In this document: positions 9,505-18,980 of the stretch, piece by piece | Numbering within the stretch: the first letter of the stretch is position 1 | Layout of the letters: every line of letters starts with the position of its first letter | From: a virus | DNA length: 49,763 nucleotides | IMG/VR virus record: IMGVR_UViG_3300045988_172460 | Strand: one strand, 5' to 3' | Position numbers and translations under genes: made by a program | Notes under the pieces: generated by a model | Told to the model about the DNA's origin: nothing | What the model saw: only the letters and a program-made list of their open reading frames with translations | Database searches by the model: none

Positions 9505-9903
9505 TTAGTTATATTCGTGTTTGTAATCTAATGCTTTAATCGTATAAGAACGAGTCGGAACGCCTTTACCAAACGATCCATCAGGTGTTTTTTCAATATA
9601 GGCTTTTGATGCCCATGCTTTTTCAGTTGAATGTGTCACAGAAATTGCAAATTCTTTACGACCATTAGCTAAAGCCATCAGCTGTTTGTTACATGGTGAA
9701 TTTTGAGACAAGTTAATTGTAAAAGTCCCTAAATTATCGTTGTTCTTCGCAGCACTAGATTGTCCTTGGGCATCTGTTTGTACTTCAATATACGAATTAT
9801 CTTTTGAAAAAGATACCATATCGCCATCTTGAAAGCCGAATTGGACGACATTGTCAATAATAGTAGATACCTCTTTGGCATCATAAGTTGTCATGCTTTG
9901 CAT
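9505..9903 (-). CDS. Tail tube protein
   Basis: 132 aa, SD GGGGG, immediately downstream of the sheath gene. Confidence 0.65.
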   Translation of the reverse strand: MQSMTTYDAKEVSTIIDNVVQFGFQDGDMVSFSKDNSYIEVQTDAQGQSSAAKNNDNLGTFTINLSQNSPCNKQLMALANGRKEFAISVTHSTEKAWASKAYIEKTPDGSFGKGVPTRSYTIKALDYKHEYN

Positions 9904-9918
9904 TAGTTAGTTCCCCCT

Positions 9919-10956
9919 TTAGACTTCAATTGTTCCAGTAACATCAACAGTGTGAATTGCTCCAGAACGTTTGTATTTAAATGATAATCCTTTATAGTTT
10001 CGTGCTGCAATATCATCTGGATTTAAATCTTGACGCCCCAAAGCAGTCACACTATAATTTCCAACACCAGTTTCATCTACAATATCTACAATTCCGTTAT
10101 TAAATGCAGTTTCCAAAACATTTGCAACGGTTGTATCTAATAAAGCAATCCCATTAGAATCAAAAGTTAATTTATCTGTCGTTGATAACAAGCGCTGAAC
10201 ATTCGTTTCAATGTTTGATTTAACCCAGTGATCCCCATGCAGGGCATCGATAAATTCGCCACTCATTGTTTTTCCTTCTGATGTTTGGGGGATTCCCGCT
10301 TTTGATACATAAGCAATAGCATTAGCTTTCTCAATCGCTTGTAGTTGAGAGGTAGTTAATGTGTTAGGTGTAATCCCTACTAAATTATGTCGGAATTTCC
10401 AAGTAACACTTCCGACTGTTAAGCTTGCAGTATTACCAATTAATGCAGCATCTAAAAATTCTTCTAACGGATGAACTAAGCCGATAGTTAGATTGTTCCC
10501 TGTAAAAACTGTTAATTCGTCAACTGTAGCTGTCTGAATTACTAAAAACTTAAATTCGTTTTCTTCAATTAAATTTGATAGTGCCAAAGCATCTGCCTCG
10601 ACAAAGTTGGCTAATAATGCAAAATGCCAATCATTATAAAAGTAACTTGTAGCTGCGGCGATAATTCCACTTCCAGCAATTAAGCTATCTGGTTGTTCTG
10701 GACTAGTAGGGGTATCTGCTGCAAAAGTTACTACTGCAATAGTTTGTGGTTTATTTTCCTGTTTCCAAATAGTTTCAGCTTTTTTATAAACAGTAGTTGT
10801 TGTAGCAAAATCTTTTGCTAATGTTTCTAAACTTGTATATTCTTTATAGTTTTGAGTAGATCCTTGAACAAAAATTGCTGGATTTCCTAATCCAACAATG
10901 GGCTGCGGATGCATAATGTCAATTTTTACATTAACATCTGTAATTTTTTCAATCAT
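9919..10956 (-). CDS. Tail sheath protein (short sheath type)
   Basis: 345 aa, AGGAGG SD. Gene order sheath-tube-chaperones-tape measure. Confidence 0.65.
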   Translation of the reverse strand: MIEKITDVNVKIDIMHPQPIVGLGNPAIFVQGSTQNYKEYTSLETLAKDFATTTTVYKKAETIWKQENKPQTIAVVTFAADTPTSPEQPDSLIAGSGIIAAATSYFYNDWHFALLANFVEADALALSNLIEENEFKFLVIQTATVDELTVFTGNNLTIGLVHPLEEFLDAALIGNTASLTVGSVTWKFRHNLVGITPNTLTTSQLQAIEKANAIAYVSKAGIPQTSEGKTMSGEFIDALHGDHWVKSNIETNVQRLLSTTDKLTFDSNGIALLDTTVANVLETAFNNGIVDIVDETGVGNYSVTALGRQDLNPDDIAARNYKGLSFKYKRSGAIHTVDVTGTIEV

Positions 10957-11429
10957 TTGTTTTCCTCCTGTAATTCGATATTTTCGATAATTACCGCATT
11001 GTCAACATAACTGTCTTGAACTCTAAAACGAGCATCAAAACCAGCTAGACGTTCGTAATCAATGCTAATGAAATTATCCCGTTTTTTAGATTGGGTTGTT
11101 GAAACTAGGGCTATTTTAGAGTTTTGAAGGTCTACTTTTACAGAAAAACCATTTAAATGCTTTCTTAACTGCTCTGACAAATTAAGTGCCTGAATACTAG
11201 AATCAGTGTGACATTTAATAGACACTACTAATTCAAATACTTCATTATCAGTGACATCTATCGTTACTGGAATGTACGGCGAGATGACTTCATAGGAAAA
11301 AAATGGTTTGTCTGGTTGAGGTCCAGCTGTGCTACTTTCAATAAGCTGAAGTCCAGTTGATTTCTTAACAATTGCTATTAGCTCATCAGCTAATAGCTCA
11401 TAACTAAAAGTCCCATTAATTTGTGGCAT
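10953..11429 (-). CDS. Head-tail joining / tail completion protein (putative)
   Basis: 158 aa, SD present, overlaps both neighbours, sits between head and sheath genes. Confidence 0.5.
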   Translation of the reverse strand: MPQINGTFSYELLADELIAIVKKSTGLQLIESSTAGPQPDKPFFSYEVISPYIPVTIDVTDNEVFELVVSIKCHTDSSIQALNLSEQLRKHLNGFSVKVDLQNSKIALVSTTQSKKRDNFISIDYERLAGFDARFRVQDSYVDNAVIIENIELQEENK

Positions 11430-11775
11430 TATTGGTCACCGCCTTTAATCTGTAAAAGTTCACATCTGCATAGTGTTCCGCATATGGCTCTTCGCTTTCT
11501 ACTTTGTACTCTTTTCCCATGTCAATAATTTTAGAACCTAAAGGAATCGAACCAACGTAAGCAAGTTGCCTGTCGCTAGATGTGAGTGTTCCGCCACTTT
11601 GATAAATCGTCCGATTGTCGTATGGAATAATCGCCCCAGAAACAGTTTTGGGTTCTTCGTTAGTAGGAAACCATTCGCCGTGAATATATTTACCAGCACC
11701 TTCAACTGAAGGTAACACTAACTGAAAGTCAACCGCAAAAGTTTCTATAAGACTAGAAAAGTTCATTCTTTGCAT
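11416..11775 (-). CDS. Head-tail joining protein (putative)
   Basis: 119 aa, SD GGTGGTGA, TAATG coupling to the upstream gene. Confidence 0.5.
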   Translation of the reverse strand: MQRMNFSSLIETFAVDFQLVLPSVEGAGKYIHGEWFPTNEEPKTVSGAIIPYDNRTIYQSGGTLTSSDRQLAYVGSIPLGSKIIDMGKEYKVESEEPYAEHYADVNFYRLKAVTNNATN

Positions 11776-12377
11776 TAACCTTTCACCACCTTATAAGTCA
11801 CTAACTGTCTTAATTTTCCTGTATCAATTAATGGATTACTCGACTTCTTATTATTGACTGTTATTGGAGAGTTTGGCGGATAAGATAAATTTCTGATAGT
11901 TCGTTGAATATCCCTTTGCATACGAGCACCAACTTTATTTGTCAATTCTTCTGCTGTCATTTTTCCAGCAATAAGTTTTTTCACAAGGTTTAAGGCGTAA
12001 TCCGACCAAGCCTTTGCTTGCTCGTCAAATGTAGATCTAATAAAGGAACGTTCTGGAATAGTTATTTGCTCCGCTAACATGTATGCGAATTCTAACTGAT
12101 CTTTACCTTTATTTCTTACTAAAAACTTGTGATTTTCTTTAGTTTGCATAAAAAACAAATCAAATTGACGTGGGCTTTTACCTCTATACTTTTTCATAAG
12201 TGGTATAACAAGAAAACGACCTTTGGGACGAATAATCACACCAAATTCATGAACTTGGGCCAACATCGCCATAAAAGAATCATCTTCCCCAAATATTCCT
12301 ATCTGCAAAGAATATTTATTAAGCTGATTTAGTTCATCAATCAGCTTAATAATCCTGTTATTCTCAGTAACTTTCAT
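11775..12377 (-). CDS. Virion morphogenesis / neck protein (Mu gpG, P2 gpS-like C-terminal motif)
   Basis: About 200 aa. ATG at 12377 overlaps the upstream stop (TGATG). The C-terminal ...NSPITVNNKKSSNPLIDTGKLRQLV resembles the virion-morphogenesis family motif. Confidence 0.5.
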   Translation of the reverse strand: MKVTENNRIIKLIDELNQLNKYSLQIGIFGEDDSFMAMLAQVHEFGVIIRPKGRFLVIPLMKKYRGKSPRQFDLFFMQTKENHKFLVRNKGKDQLEFAYMLAEQITIPERSFIRSTFDEQAKAWSDYALNLVKKLIAGKMTAEELTNKVGARMQRDIQRTIRNLSYPPNSPITVNNKKSSNPLIDTGKLRQLVTYKVVKG

Positions 12378-12718
12378 CAAATCACAACCAAACTCAATGA
12401 ACCTTTTTTAGCGTATTCGTTGTAAAGACGTAAATACTCTTGACCATAAACGGTTCTTTTTAGGTCGGTAAAAGTTGAGTGAAAACCCGAATACTCTTTT
12501 TTTAGCGAGCCTACTTGCTCGGATTTAGTATTTTGGTTGTTCAAAACGGCTAGATGGCAAGCGAGATAGCGACACGCTTTCTCCTTAACCTCTTCTTTAA
12601 ATGGCAATGCATCTACTTCTAGCCAAGCATCATCAATAAACAACTTAATAGAATCATTGTTAACCCCTACTAGTTCTGCAGCTGTTAACCTAACATTTTC
12701 AACTGTGCTTTTTGGCAT
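12377..12718 (-). CDS. Head-tail connector protein (putative)
   Basis: 113 aa, SD present, follows the capsid genes. Confidence 0.5.
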   Translation of the reverse strand: MPKSTVENVRLTAAELVGVNNDSIKLFIDDAWLEVDALPFKEEVKEKACRYLACHLAVLNNQNTKSEQVGSLKKEYSGFHSTFTDLKRTVYGQEYLRLYNEYAKKGSLSLVVI

Positions 12719-12729
12719 AGTACCACTTC

Positions 12730-13116
12730 CTATTCTGGATTAACTACGCTGTCTTCATCAGGGTTTTTAATATCATCAATTTGATTTTCGATTGCTTTGA
12801 CTACAGTTGTGCGATTTTTGTTTGCTTGCTCTTCTTCCAACCATTTTTCCAACAATTCTAAATCGAACGTATCAGCAATGGATTCTACTGCTTTATTGGC
12901 ACTCAATTCAGTAAAACCAACTGCTTTTTTTGATTTTCCTTTTATTATATGGTCCAAAATCTCAATTTCTCCTAATCTTTCCAACGATTTATTTAATGGT
13001 AATTCCATACCTTTAATAAATGCTTCAGCATCTGAATTATCTAAATCATTTACTCCTGGAATTAATCGAATATTTCCAATATGTCTAATATATGAACCTT
13101 TATTGTGTACTAACAT
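12730..13116 (-). CDS. Hypothetical head-module protein
   Basis: ORF-track start trimmed to the ATG at 13116, which has AAGGAGG 8 nt upstream and removes the overlap with the capsid gene. 128 aa. Confidence 0.6.
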   Translation of the reverse strand: MLVHNKGSYIRHIGNIRLIPGVNDLDNSDAEAFIKGMELPLNKSLERLGEIEILDHIIKGKSKKAVGFTELSANKAVESIADTFDLELLEKWLEEEQANKNRTTVVKAIENQIDDIKNPDEDSVVNPE

Positions 13117-13135
13117 AATCTTTACCTCCTTATTT

Positions 13136-14017
13136 TTAAATACCATCCACACGAACAATTGCATATGGCGTTCTAATTAACGCACCACCACAACGTTCTA
13201 CAAATGGTACTTTCCAATTTGGAAAAGACCATTCAACTTCTAAACGGACGATGTCTTCTGGAAGTAAAATTTCACAAGTTGATGGTTTTGTATCCATGAT
13301 AATAAATGAATCAGAATTATCAGTACCTACACCTTTTAAATCATAAACTTGCTCAATAGATGAAAACCAGCCATTCTCCTGAACAACTTTCATAATTGAT
13401 CGTGCATCATATTCACCATAACGACGATTCAATTCTTCATATTGTTCTGGAGCAACCATTAATTTTAGACTAGATCCTTTAAATCCTGGAATAATAGTAA
13501 TTTTAGCTCGAGATGTACGTAATTGTTCAACAATCTCTTCACTAGTCATTTCTTTCCACTTCTTAGGTGAATTAATAACTTGAATACCTTCAGCATTCGC
13601 AACACCTTTATGGTTTACTTTAGGATCTCCCACAAAAATAAAGCTATTTTCTTTTTCAGCAATAGTACGCCGTGCCACTTCTGCTTTTGTTGCATCAATT
13701 GAAGTTCCCATCATTTGAGCTTGACGAATTTCTTGTCGACTATAACGAATACCAGCAGCAATTGTAAAAATTGGTGATTGATAACGTTTCATATCAATGT
13801 CAACTAAAGGCAGATCATCTGCGCCATTCGCGATAATTTTTGCAGCGCCACTTCTAGTCATAACATTATATGCGTATGTTTCCGCTCCTGGATTGATATC
13901 TGTTTTAACATTAAACATGGTTCGCGCCACAAGTTCCTCCTGTGGTGCTTGATAAATGACCTTATCAATTTCTTGTAGGTCACGTGCTTCTAAAGTTGCT
14001 GTTACATCATTTCCCAT
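13136..14017 (-). CDS. Major capsid protein
   Basis: 293 aa, AGGAGG SD. Follows the scaffold-like and decoration-like genes. Size and position are typical. Confidence 0.7.
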   Translation of the reverse strand: MGNDVTATLEARDLQEIDKVIYQAPQEELVARTMFNVKTDINPGAETYAYNVMTRSGAAKIIANGADDLPLVDIDMKRYQSPIFTIAAGIRYSRQEIRQAQMMGTSIDATKAEVARRTIAEKENSFIFVGDPKVNHKGVANAEGIQVINSPKKWKEMTSEEIVEQLRTSRAKITIIPGFKGSSLKLMVAPEQYEELNRRYGEYDARSIMKVVQENGWFSSIEQVYDLKGVGTDNSDSFIIMDTKPSTCEILLPEDIVRLEVEWSFPNWKVPFVERCGGALIRTPYAIVRVDGI

Positions 14018-14037
14018 TTAGTTGTCCTCCTAGTTTT

Positions 14038-14508
14038 TTAAGGTAAGTTAATTTGTAAAACTGCTAAATTACCAGCTGATGCTGTTGTTTTAAATGTACC
14101 AATCACGGTATCTGATGGTGTCGTAGCTGGATCAGAACTAATAGTTGCTTTTCCAAAATTTCCAGTTGATAAAGCTTTTGCATTTTCACCTGCTAAAACA
14201 TCTTCGTCAACTTTCACCCAAATAGCCCCTTTACGTAAGATCGGTACCATTTCGTGCTCTTTATATTTACCAACTTTTTCCACATCTCCGTAAGGGATTT
14301 CTTCTACATAATTTTTAGCATATGAAATACCATAAAATTGCCCATCTTTATATGTGGTAGCAACGTCTTCTGTTACTTGCACACCGACACCGAAACCTAA
14401 GCCACCGACACCAACGACAAGACTATCTGCTTGTACACCTTGATAATTAGCTAATTTCCCAATACCAAGTTCAGGCTTCATATACTTTTCTGGATAAGGA
14501 ATAGTCAT
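14038..14508 (-). CDS. Capsid decoration / cement-like protein (putative)
   Basis: 156 aa, GAAGGAGGG SD, Gly-rich N-terminal half, lies between the scaffold-like and capsid genes. Confidence 0.45.
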   Translation of the reverse strand: MTIPYPEKYMKPELGIGKLANYQGVQADSLVVGVGGLGFGVGVQVTEDVATTYKDGQFYGISYAKNYVEEIPYGDVEKVGKYKEHEMVPILRKGAIWVKVDEDVLAGENAKALSTGNFGKATISSDPATTPSDTVIGTFKTTASAGNLAVLQINLP

Positions 14509-14510
14509 AA

Positions 14511-15614
14511 TTATTTACCCTCCTTCTTCTTATTCATGTTTAAACGGTTATTTTTTTGTTTTTCGATATCTTCTTCTGCTTCTTTATCTTTGTCTTTAGC
14601 GTCGTTGAAAACAGCACTAGCAGTGAATCCTTTTTCAGTGGCCATCGCGGTCATAGAATCAAAATAGGCATTGATGTAATCATCTGACTTACCATCACCT
14701 TTAAAATTGCTGTTGGTTTTAGTAATTACAGCTTCTTTGATTTGACGATCTGTTTTTCCGACTAAATCAACAGAATCACCTAAGAATTTTTTAGCAGCAC
14801 TGACTAACTCAACACGCGCTTGTACTCGTTTGTCTAATGCATCACCAGTCAAAGAGTTTTCTTTCGCTGTTTGCAATTCTTTAGTTAAATTGTCAACTTG
14901 AGATTGAAGTGCATCACGTTCTCCCTCAACTTTCTCTACGTTAGAACTACGTTGTTCAGCAGCATCTAATTTTGCTTGCATAGCATCATAGTTTGCTTTA
15001 ACTACTGGATCTACTTCATACTCTTTTGAATCAATAATTAACTTTGGCATATTACTTCCTCCTGTTTGTTTATCTTTAGTATCAATCATGAAAGCGGCTG
15101 AATCACCACGAATAGCAACTTCGTGACCAGCTCTCCCTTCATCAACTATTGCAATATGATTAATTTGCATGTTTCTTTGAACAGAATCATATTGCATGCC
15201 ATTATACACGCCAGTTTCTTTTGTTACATCTGCTTGAAAGCCGATGCTCAGTTCACGTTTTCCATCGTTAATTTTTTTTATTGTCTCTGCATCTGTAATT
15301 GTGAACGAAACCAATAGCTTATTATCTAAAACGTGAGCATCATTATGAGTCATGCCTTTTGAATATTTATTGTAATTAGCTGCTGTTACTGGTTCGGTCG
15401 GATGATCATCAGTCATTGGCTTAGCATTTGCTGAAAGTACAGTTGTCTTAGAAAATAATTCATCAGGCAATTTTGCCTCCATTGATAATCCGCCATCAGT
15501 TCGACGGTAAGGGAAAACACCTGGTCGTGTAATTGGACAAGCTGTGATTGTCAAATAGCCTTCATCAGTTTCTTTAAAATCCTGAATAAAGGCTTTGTCA
15601 TATCTAATTACCAT
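14511..15614 (-). CDS. Prohead scaffolding-like protein (DUF2213-like N-terminus, coiled-coil C-terminus)
   Basis: 367 aa. N-terminal ...GYLTITACPITRPGVFPY...MTDDHP pattern. C-terminal heptad-rich acidic/basic region. Confidence 0.6.
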   Translation of the reverse strand: MVIRYDKAFIQDFKETDEGYLTITACPITRPGVFPYRRTDGGLSMEAKLPDELFSKTTVLSANAKPMTDDHPTEPVTAANYNKYSKGMTHNDAHVLDNKLLVSFTITDAETIKKINDGKRELSIGFQADVTKETGVYNGMQYDSVQRNMQINHIAIVDEGRAGHEVAIRGDSAAFMIDTKDKQTGGSNMPKLIIDSKEYEVDPVVKANYDAMQAKLDAAEQRSSNVEKVEGERDALQSQVDNLTKELQTAKENSLTGDALDKRVQARVELVSAAKKFLGDSVDLVGKTDRQIKEAVITKTNSNFKGDGKSDDYINAYFDSMTAMATEKGFTASAVFNDAKDKDKEAEEDIEKQKNNRLNMNKKKEGK

Positions 15615-15626
15615 GTCTTCACCCCA

Positions 15627-15836
15627 CTATTCGACTAATAAGCGAATGCCTTCGGTTACTTGATTAATCGACTCTAACTCATTAAGATCCAGTAATTTTC
15701 GTAGGCTCATATGATAGCGTGTCGCAATTTCACTAGCAGTTTCTCCTTCAGAAACAGTATGAGTCGTTTTTTGCGTAGTTTTTGACAACTCTTTTTTGTT
15801 TTCTTCTTTACTAGAAGCTTTTTTCTCTTTAGCCAT
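15627..15836 (-). CDS. Small LysM-domain protein
   Basis: ATG at 15836 with GAAGGAGGTG upstream. HTVSEGETASEIATRYHMSLRKLLDLN fits LysM. Confidence 0.6.
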   Translation of the reverse strand: MAKEKKASSKEENKKELSKTTQKTTHTVSEGETASEIATRYHMSLRKLLDLNELESINQVTEGIRLLVE

Positions 15837-16116
15837 TTTGATCACCTCCTTCAGTTACATCAAACCTGATATTTCTCCACTTTTTATAAGCATCGAAATA
15901 TAGTTCATTTTTATCACCGTTGAAGGTAACTTCGTAATACATACCATCAAATAGATTGGTACTTAATAATGCTTTATTATTTTGCAGGGTTTTCGCCAAC
16001 CAGACCACGTAAATATCAGACTCGCTTATTTTTTTTTGATCGGTGTAATCCAATTGACTGTTAGCAAAATCAACAACATGCTTTTTACATAAATCAATAA
16101 ATTTTTGACTATCCAT
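15829..16116 (-). CDS. Hypothetical protein downstream of the MuF-toxin gene
   Basis: 95 aa, CAGGAGGG SD. First gene after the MuF terminator. Confidence 0.65.
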   Translation of the reverse strand: MDSQKFIDLCKKHVVDFANSQLDYTDQKKISESDIYVVWLAKTLQNNKALLSTNLFDGMYYEVTFNGDKNELYFDAYKKWRNIRFDVTEGGDQNG

Positions 16117-16142
16117 TAATGTCCCTCCTGTTTTTTGAGTAT

Positions 16143-16174
16143 AAAAAATAGCCCCAACCTATAAGGTCGGTGCT
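16143..16174 (-). terminator. Rho-independent terminator after the MuF-ART gene
   Basis: Minus strand reads AGCACCGACC-ttat-AGGTTGGGGCT followed by ATTTTTTAT. Confidence 0.65.
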
Positions 16175-16337
16175 ACTCTTCTTTTTCTTTTAAAGATTTT
16201 TTCAATTGCTGCATAAAATCTTTATCTTTCTTTTTCGATGTATCTATTTCTTTTTTTGTCATTTCATCTGGGTAACCTAGACTTTTTGATTTGGGAACGT
16301 CTTCCCATCTGCGTTTGTTTTTCTCATCTTTATTCAT
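16173..16337 (-). CDS. Small Lys/Glu-rich ORF (54 aa) overlapping the MuF stop
   Basis: ATG at 16337 overlaps the MuF stop (ATGAATAA). Translates MNKDEKNKRRWEDVPKSKSLGYPDEMTKKEIDTSKKKDKDFMQQLKKSLKEKEE. Absent from the ORF track because it is under 60 aa. No clear SD. Confidence 0.35.
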   Translation of the reverse strand: MNKDEKNKRRWEDVPKSKSLGYPDEMTKKEIDTSKKKDKDFMQQLKKSLKEKEE

Positions 16338-17601
16338 GGTACTCCTCCAGTACTATAAATGGTTTTCCATCCAATAAATATCTGTCTTTAACAATAAACT
16401 TGGCCTCACGATTAAACAGAACTTCTTTTTCCGACTTGTTGTAAGAACCTAAATCTTTTCCAGTTGAGCTCATTATAACAAATCTTAACGAGTCTTGCTC
16501 TGAGTAAATGTCTTTTGTAGTCGAAATGTATTCAGGAAATTGAACAACATCATTTAAATTGTAGTTGTTAGCAAACCTCACTAGATCATCACTGCTATCA
16601 AAAAACATGGAACGTGTTACTTCACCATCATAGTTGGTCATTTTGCCTAACGCTTTGTCTAAATTGTCTATCAATTTCAAGTCGCTTTCATCTAACTGAT
16701 AACCATTTCTGAGCTTATCGTTTAATTTGTAAGCTTCAGAGCTAACATATGTCTTGACCGCATGCTCTTCTTGATTAGAAAGGCCAAGATCAATGCTTTC
16801 TTCAAGCAATTCTTCATCGTCGACTGGTTCAGCAACACAGCGACAATTATATTCTTCGCCTGGTAATAATGGATTATCAGCATAAAAGTAAATCTTCCCG
16901 TGACGTTCTCGATGAGAATCCCTAACTCGTTCATCTCCACTATCACTCCATCTAAAAGCTTGAAATCCCGCTCGTTTTTGGCGTTCACTATTCATCTGAC
17001 CTAAAATAGTACCTGTCTGATCACGAGCAATAAACGCTGCTTTGTCTGATGACATACCAGCTTGATGAACAAGCTCTTCTCTTATCTCGTTTGAAGATTT
17101 GCCTTCTGTGATTCCGCGATAAATAACCTGTTCAAACTTTTTTGAGTAATCATCACGAATATTAGTGACATAACTGATGTTTTCCGCTATTTTAGCTTGA
17201 ACATAGCTGTCTAACCATTTTTCAGTCTGTAGCGGATTTATTCCTCTAGCACTAAGTTGAGAGTTCACATTAGACTTATTAAACGCATTCACACTATTAA
17301 TATACTTACGAACTATTTTTTGTGCGGTTCTGTTTTGAAGAATACCTAAAAAGTATGTTTGCGCATTTTTGATTAGTTTCGATGCGGCATCGAATAGTCC
17401 GTCTTGAATAAACTTTGAATCATTTACTAGCTTATTTTCATCTATCATCGGTGCTAAATACTTATCAAATTCATATAACGAAACTTTTTCTATTTCTTTT
17501 ACGACCTTCTGAATGTTTTTGGCATAGCTTTCTTCTAAACGTAACGGATATCTCGTTTTTGGATTATTTTTCATTATCTCTGTCCTGTTTGTAATTTTCA
17601 T
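16330..17601 (-). CDS. MuF/SPP1 gp7-like head morphogenesis protein fused to a C-terminal ADP-ribosyltransferase toxin domain
   Basis: MuF signature ...RWSDSGDERVRDSHRERHGKIY..EEYNCRCV. C-terminal R-S-E ART triad: R330 (EVTRSMF), S360-T-T (YISTTK), E391-K-E393 (SEKEVLFNREAKF). The start may be the internal ATG at 17574. Confidence 0.8.
   Translation of the reverse strand: MKITNRTEIMKNNPKTRYPLRLEESYAKNIQKVVKEIEKVSLYEFDKYLAPMIDENKLVNDSKFIQDGLFDAASKLIKNAQTYFLGILQNRTAQKIVRKYINSVNAFNKSNVNSQLSARGINPLQTEKWLDSYVQAKIAENISYVTNIRDDYSKKFEQVIYRGITEGKSSNEIREELVHQAGMSSDKAAFIARDQTGTILGQMNSERQKRAGFQAFRWSDSGDERVRDSHRERHGKIYFYADNPLLPGEEYNCRCVAEPVDDEELLEESIDLGLSNQEEHAVKTYVSSEAYKLNDKLRNGYQLDESDLKLIDNLDKALGKMTNYDGEVTRSMFFDSSDDLVRFANNYNLNDVVQFPEYISTTKDIYSEQDSLRFVIMSSTGKDLGSYNKSEKEVLFNREAKFIVKDRYLLDGKPFIVLEEYHE
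16333..16770 (-). other. ADP-ribosyltransferase (C3/VIP2-like) domain of the MuF fusion
   Basis: YVSSEAYKLNDKLRNG helix, then the R, STT and ExE motifs with typical spacing. The EKEVLFNREAKF stretch is close to the ExE-V-L-L-N-x-G-S-K-F pattern of clostridial ARTs. Confidence 0.75.
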
Positions 17602-18958
17602 AAACTACAGCAGCCATCTTATCTAACTCATCCCTGGACAAGCTATCCGCGTTAAATTTAGAGGTTTCTGTTATGCCAAAACGACCAAAGCGAGCTTCGT
17701 GAACATCATCAGGATCAGAAACACCTGCCTCGATGTATATTTTGTCTGTCTCAGCAGTAAGTTTCCTTATTTCAGCATCAGTTTTGCTGTCCACATTCCA
17801 AAGTGGATTGAATTCAACGGACCATTCGATTGAATCAGGGTCAAGTCGACCACCACATTCGTCCTCTGCCCACATTAGACACCGCATGAGATATTCAAGG
17901 TGTGGTCTTAACTGATTTTCTTGTATAGCAGTTATACGAGAATAGTAGTTCATGACATCATATTGTGCTCCAGTAACTGTACCACCTTCTTGCCCTTTCA
18001 AGACAGTTTTGGGCATTCGAGCAGCACCTGCTAAGTAATCCCAAACAAAATCCAGTAGTTCACCGATACCTGCTACCGAAGAACTTTCTTTACCAAGACT
18101 TTCTTCCTTGTCTATGATAGCAATTGCTTCTGTTCTGAATTGATAATCCATCTTAGTTTCAATTTCTAATTTGTCTTGTGGTGTAAGACTTCTAACATCT
18201 GCTGACTTGTATACTTTAAAAATAAAATCATACAGAATTTGTCCGACTGACCAAACAGATGTGTCAGCTACAGTTAAGATATCATATAGATTCTCTAATA
18301 AAGATGATCCTTCTAATTCATCTTCAAAGCGTAAATTTTGCTGATGCAGCACTCGCGATCGATGAATTTTAGTCGCAGTACTGTATGTCGTATTATTTAA
18401 CAGCTGGATACGACTGTTGTTTGATCTGTTATTGACTTCAAAAGATTCAATCTGTCCGTAGTTTGGACTAAAAACATCTTCATCAATAATTCTATTACTA
18501 ATCTTTTTGCCTGAGAATGCATTAATATACGGAACACTTTTAATATTTTCAAAGTCTAATGGTTCACTTAGAGAGTATTCTCTTTTCTCTATTGTTCCAA
18601 TACTTACGAATCCATCTCCATATAATCGTTCATACGTGAATAATTGTTGTAATCGTTCCTTAGCTTTCAGCTGTCTCAGCTTACTTTCGTACAGAGCTTT
18701 TACTTTATCATCTTCCATTTTGAGACTCCATCCATTTCTAGTTAAGTCTTCTGCTGGAATGTCTACGATATTTTTTGCCATCGAGTTAGACGAGTAAAGC
18801 GACTCTAATTGTGAGTGTGACAATCTCTTGCTCGTACCTGGTCTTTGTCTAGATAAGTTGTCTCTAGCGTGGCCTTTGCCATTTCCAAGCATAAAGTCAC
18901 TTCGATATGCTTTACCATCCAACTTTAATAACTTAGCTTCATTAGCTATATTCCCCAT
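17564..18958 (-). CDS. Portal protein
   Basis: 464 aa, SD AAAGGCGGTG. Lies between the large terminase and MuF genes. Confidence 0.75.
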   Translation of the reverse strand: MGNIANEAKLLKLDGKAYRSDFMLGNGKGHARDNLSRQRPGTSKRLSHSQLESLYSSNSMAKNIVDIPAEDLTRNGWSLKMEDDKVKALYESKLRQLKAKERLQQLFTYERLYGDGFVSIGTIEKREYSLSEPLDFENIKSVPYINAFSGKKISNRIIDEDVFSPNYGQIESFEVNNRSNNSRIQLLNNTTYSTATKIHRSRVLHQQNLRFEDELEGSSLLENLYDILTVADTSVWSVGQILYDFIFKVYKSADVRSLTPQDKLEIETKMDYQFRTEAIAIIDKEESLGKESSSVAGIGELLDFVWDYLAGAARMPKTVLKGQEGGTVTGAQYDVMNYYSRITAIQENQLRPHLEYLMRCLMWAEDECGGRLDPDSIEWSVEFNPLWNVDSKTDAEIRKLTAETDKIYIEAGVSDPDDVHEARFGRFGITETSKFNADSLSRDELDKMAAVVYENYKQDRDNEK

Positions 18959-18980
18959 TTACTCACCGCCTTTCAATTTT

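Noticed and set aside
12797-13180. 127-aa plus-strand ORF overlapping the head-module gene and the end of the capsid gene
   Set aside because: It is antisense to two SD-preceded minus-strand genes, has no ribosome-binding site and has a low-complexity Ser/Asn/Phe composition.
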